Shown piece by piece: positions 61,929 to 64,000 of a DNA stretch of 64,000 nt (positions are counted from its first letter, which is position 1; the number at the start of each line of letters is the position of its first letter). The stretch spans positions 736,001-800,000 of the forward strand of contig CAVXWP010000001.1 in assembly GCA_963765495.1 (NCBI GenBank), given 5' to 3'. A program made the position numbers and the translations under genes. This DNA is from Blastocatellia bacterium (GTDB taxonomy: Bacteria; Acidobacteriota; Blastocatellia; UBA7656). Below the pieces are notes generated by a model. That model was not told the origin of the DNA, did no database searches, and saw only the letters and a program-made list of their open reading frames with translations.

Positions 61929-63467
61929 TCAAAGACGGGAAGACTTTATCGCCGGTCGCGCCACATCAGGCTTGCGGGTACTGTTAAAAGGGGTACTCTT
62001 AAAAGCGCTCTCGTGCGCGCCTATGTCATAGCCTGCGCCTTGCGGACGCCCGGACGTTGAATAATCCGTCATCACTTCCGTAATACTCTCTCCGTGATCG
62101 ATGGCGGGGCTTGTTGGGCGCAGCCTGTACAGATCATGTTCATCCAGCATAGGATTGGCGACAATAGAGTTATAGTCAACTCTTATATTTTTCTTCCACT
62201 CGTCAAACCGCCAGGAATCGGCCTCGCCCGCAGGGGTTTCGCGGCGAAACTCTACGCCCTTTTGCCCGCTGAAATATATGTTCGAGTTGCATATGAGTTG
62301 ATCCGCAAGATTCTTGATAAAGATGACGGGCCGCGAGTTTGAAACGACTATGTTGTTCTTAAACATCACGCGCTCGCTCGGCACATCCCGCTCGTTTACT
62401 ACTACCCAGAAGGCCGCCTGCATCCGTTTTGCCACATCGTAAAGCGTGTTGTTTATGAATCGAACATTGTTGCCCGAATAGGTGCCTGCGCCCGCCGCCT
62501 CAGACCCGATGATCAAATTATTGCGCGCCACACAATTTATCGCTTCAAACCGAGCGCCGTCTCTCATAAATTCAAGATCGGTAGACTGACCGAGCAAGAT
62601 GCCTGCGTGGCCCGAGCGTTCGACCAGACAGCCTTCTATCAGGCCGTCACGCGCTCCGCCTTTGAGGTAAAGGCCGTTTGTCGCCGCATCGTGTATGTGG
62701 CATCGGCGAATGGTTATGCCCACCGAGCCTATCGAGTCAATGCCCTCGGCATTCGACGAATCGCGCGCGCCGGTCGGGCCGATTTCGCAGTCTTCGATCA
62801 AGAGGTTATCGGCATTGAATGTCTTTACGGCATCGCGTCCGGTATTTTGAATGCGGCAGCCGCGAATCACTACGCCGGTGGTCGAAGCCTGTTTATCCAC
62901 ATCCACCTTTACGCCGTAATAAGATGCGCCCTCAATATCGAGATTGATCAAAGAGACGCGGTTTGCGGCGATGATGATGATGCTCGTAGGGTTATCGGCG
63001 CGCTCATCAATTCCGCCGACGATACTTGCGCGCTCGCCCGGATATGAAGAGATGGTAACTCCCTCCTCATCAACCCAGAGAAAACGATTGATCGTGTAGC
63101 GGCCTGCTCTGAGGTAAACCGTATCCCCGGCAGAAAGCATCTCGGTCGCCTGCGCGGGTGTCGAGACGGGGCGTTCGAGAGTGCCGGGATTGCTGTCATC
63201 ACCCGAGGGGGATACATAGATTGTCTTAGCCTGCGCGCAAACGACCGATGCCGATGTGATGAGCGCAAACGAGAAGACAAATTGAAAAATCAGTTTTTTA
63301 GACCGGATTCCGATTGAATGTAGGGGCAGGGCTTGTCCCTGCCCGGATCGCGCGTTAGCGCGATGGCAGTCATCGCCCTTTGGACGATCCGGGCAGGGAC
63401 AAGCCCTGCCCCTACATTTATCATATATGCAACTGGAACTCGGTCTAAGATTCGCTTTAATCATCAT
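61929..63467 (-). CDS. Exported right-handed parallel beta-helix protein (pectate-lyase-like fold)
   Basis: IYVSPSGDDSNPGT, GDTVYLRAG, GLYLKGG, NNT/NNI repeats, SPAID..G..YDIGAHE; the N-terminal region contains a REP doublet. Confidence 0.85.
   Translation of the reverse strand: MMIKANLRPSSSCIYDKCRGRACPCPDRPKGDDCHRANARSGQGQALPLHSIGIRSKKLIFQFVFSFALITSASVVCAQAKTIYVSPSGDDSNPGTLERPVSTPAQATEMLSAGDTVYLRAGRYTINRFLWVDEEGVTISSYPGERASIVGGIDERADNPTSIIIIAANRVSLINLDIEGASYYGVKVDVDKQASTTGVVIRGCRIQNTGRDAVKTFNADNLLIEDCEIGPTGARDSSNAEGIDSIGSVGITIRRCHIHDAATNGLYLKGGARDGLIEGCLVERSGHAGILLGQSTDLEFMRDGARFEAINCVARNNLIIGSEAAGAGTYSGNNVRFINNTLYDVAKRMQAAFWVVVNERDVPSERVMFKNNIVVSNSRPVIFIKNLADQLICNSNIYFSGQKGVEFRRETPAGEADSWRFDEWKKNIRVDYNSIVANPMLDEHDLYRLRPTSPAIDHGESITEVMTDYSTSGRPQGAGYDIGAHESAFKSTPFNSTRKPDVARPAIKSSRL
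63320..63415. repeat. GTAG-type REP doublet (REPIN-like), 96 bp
   Basis: GTAGGGGCAGGGCTTGTCCCTGCCCGGATCG...CGATCCGGGCAGGGACAAGCCCTGCCCCTAC; homologous to 1750-1845. Confidence 0.88.
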
Positions 63468-63506
63468 AAGGTCCGTCGAGGCTCTGGAAATCTCTAATCT
63501 CAGCCT

Positions 63507-64000
63507 TCAAATCTTAAAACCCTTCCTGAGTTTTAGCCGCCAGTAATCGGGGTCGAACCCGGCCACGCGCGCTCTGAGGGCGAGCCGGCTCAGGTGGCCG
63601 TTGCCTACGTCTATGCGGCGGATGTTGAATACATCGAGCCCGCGCGAATTGGCCCCGCCGTAAGCCGATGCCGCGCAATAATAACCCGCGCGCTTTACTT
63701 CCTTGACGGCCTCGGTTGAAATATCTTCGGGCTTGCCCCAGGGAAACGAGAAGGCGCGAGGTCGAGCGCCAAGCTCGCGCCTGAGCGCCGCAAGCGAATC
63801 GTTGACTTCGGTTTCGATGGTCAGATAATCGGCGCTTCCCAGATTTGCGTGGTTGACCGTATGCGATCCTATCTCGAACCCTTCCGACTCCATCGCGCGG
63901 AGGTCGTCCCACGTGAGCTTTACGTGGCCCAGACTTTCGGCGCGTATGTCGTGCGAAAACTCTCTGTCGGTTCCGATGAAACCTGTAGAGACGAAAAAGG
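63507..64000 (-). CDS. Polysaccharide deacetylase, C-terminal part (runs off the window edge)
   Basis: FFVSTGFIG...LTWDDL, EIGSHTVNH, FSFPWG, IRRID. Confidence 0.88.
   Translation of the reverse strand, partial: FFVSTGFIGTDREFSHDIRAESLGHVKLTWDDLRAMESEGFEIGSHTVNHANLGSADYLTIETEVNDSLAALRRELGARPRAFSFPWGKPEDISTEAVKEVKRAGYYCAASAYGGANSRGLDVFNIRRIDVGNGHLSRLALRARVAGFDPDYWRLKLRKGFKI

Overview
A chromosomal, roughly 56% GC bacterial window (GC estimated by eye). The Oar-type TonB receptor, FHA/Hanks-kinase architectures and short intergenic repeats suggest Acidobacteriota, probably Blastocatellia (inference). Left part: aldo/keto reductase, purL/purQ, M16 protease, class II ribonucleotide reductase (nrdJ, with a sigma70 promoter overlapped by NrdR boxes), small redox genes and a partly decayed His-kinase/response-regulator cassette. 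Middle: rhamnose utilisation (GH78, rhaD-SDR, rhaI, rhaB) coupled to lutABC; an FHA-TPR-receiver gene with an mtlD-like gene; a Cys-rich RAPP-ending upstream ORF ahead of a TonB-dependent receptor and a BNR protein; then glpK, a CNNM protein, an M28/glutaminyl-cyclase-like lipoprotein and a leuB-like gene. The strongest novelty candidate is 48.4-59.5 kb. It holds four paralogous ATP-grasp genes whose motifs look more like inositol phosphate kinase ITPK1 than RimK, an MFS transporter, a Zn-ribbon-FHA-FHA-pseudokinase-MFS fusion and two exported beta-propellers. The right end begins a surface-polysaccharide modification cluster. Several dispersed repeat families are present (REP doublets, a palindromic family, heptamer arrays). 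No rRNA, tRNA, CRISPR array or intact transposase was seen. All family assignments come from motif reading, not database searches.
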